Positions 23,685 to 24,000 of a stretch of 24,000 nucleotides of DNA are shown in pieces (within the stretch, counting starts at the first letter, position 1; each line of letters begins with the position of its first letter). The position numbers were made by a program, and so were the translations under genes. This DNA comes from Oribacterium sp. C9. Its GTDB lineage: Bacteria > Bacillota > Clostridia > Lachnospirales > Lachnospiraceae. The stretch lies in NCBI RefSeq assembly GCF_002007235.1, contig NZ_MUHW01000025.1, forward strand, positions 5,460 to 29,459, written 5' to 3'. The notes beneath the pieces were generated by a model. That model saw nothing but the letters and a program-made list of their open reading frames with translations. It did no database searches and was not told the DNA's origin.

Positions 23685-24000
23685 ATGTCTAATCATAACA
23701 TGGGAAAATATTATCAGATATCCACATTACAGGCATTGGCGCTTGGATTTTCAAAGTCTGTAGTTACTGTCGAAGAACTGCTTCGTCATGGAAATATGGG
23801 GCTCGGAACATTTGAAGATGTGGATGGAGAAATGATAGTTCTGGACGGAAAATGCTATCGCGCAAAGAACAACGGTGATGTGGTTCCCGCGGAGGATGAA
23901 AGAGGCGTTCCCTTTGCATCCGTATGCAGCTTTCAGGCGCAAAAGTCAGAAACTGTTGACCGTATGGATACTATAGAACGGCTTAAAGAATGGCTGACTC
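23685..24000 (+). CDS. alsD: Alpha-acetolactate decarboxylase, N-terminal 105 codons; the ORF runs off the right window edge
   Basis: Absent from the ORF track (no stop in the window). My translation gives MSNHNMGKYYQISTLQALALGFSKSVVTVEELLRHGNMGLGTFEDVDGEMIVLDGKCYRAKNNGDVVP... This matches the AlsD/BudA N-terminal signature (YQ.ST..AL..G.y.g..t..eLl.hGdfGlGTF..lDGE.i..dG.fY). AAAGGGGA lies 5 nt before the ATG. Confidence 0.8.
   Translation, partial: MSNHNMGKYYQISTLQALALGFSKSVVTVEELLRHGNMGLGTFEDVDGEMIVLDGKCYRAKNNGDVVPAEDERGVPFASVCSFQAQKSETVDRMDTIERLKEWLT

Noticed and set aside
23751-23942. 63-aa minus-strand ORF
   Set aside because: It lies antisense inside the well-supported alsD reading frame.

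Overview
This 24-kb segment reads like a Clostridia/Lachnospiraceae-type chromosome. That placement is inferred from gene content and codon style only; no database search was possible and all family calls rest on motifs I recognise by eye.

Positions 1-15845 form one co-directional minus-strand catabolic island for the plant sulfosugar sulfoquinovose (SQ). In transcription order it contains:
- a predicted promoter (~16029-16057), a glycyl-radical-enzyme activase, a glycyl radical enzyme (GCVEP Cys loop, RVAGYS glycyl motif), an iron alcohol dehydrogenase and a terminator;
- a second predicted promoter (~10561-10588), an FSA/TalC-type transaldolase, a beta-hydroxyacid dehydrogenase (sulfolactaldehyde-reductase-like), a small cupin-like protein, a GH31 sulfoquinovosidase (YihQ-type Q-x12-R-x2-W motif) and a TauE/SafE exporter;
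- TctC/TctB/TctA transporter genes, a fucose/arabinose-isomerase-family protein and a ROK repressor cut by the window edge.

Together these predict a sulfo-transaldolase pathway whose DHPS product is processed further by a radical enzyme in the same cell.

The most unusual element lies at 16094-17547. It is a stand-alone 412-aa reverse transcriptase with all RT motifs (YADD) and no group II intron, retron, DGR or CRISPR context. Its stop codon is followed 35 nt later by a 137-nt element closed by a perfect 14-bp stem with several internal helices, and then by a terminator-like hairpin.

To the right are an ABC exporter pair (the first subunit has a C39-like domain with both catalytic residues replaced), a convergent LuxR-type solo regulator with an unassigned N-terminal domain, and the 5' part of an acetolactate decarboxylase gene. 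I saw no rRNA, tRNA, CRISPR array, transposase or integrase.
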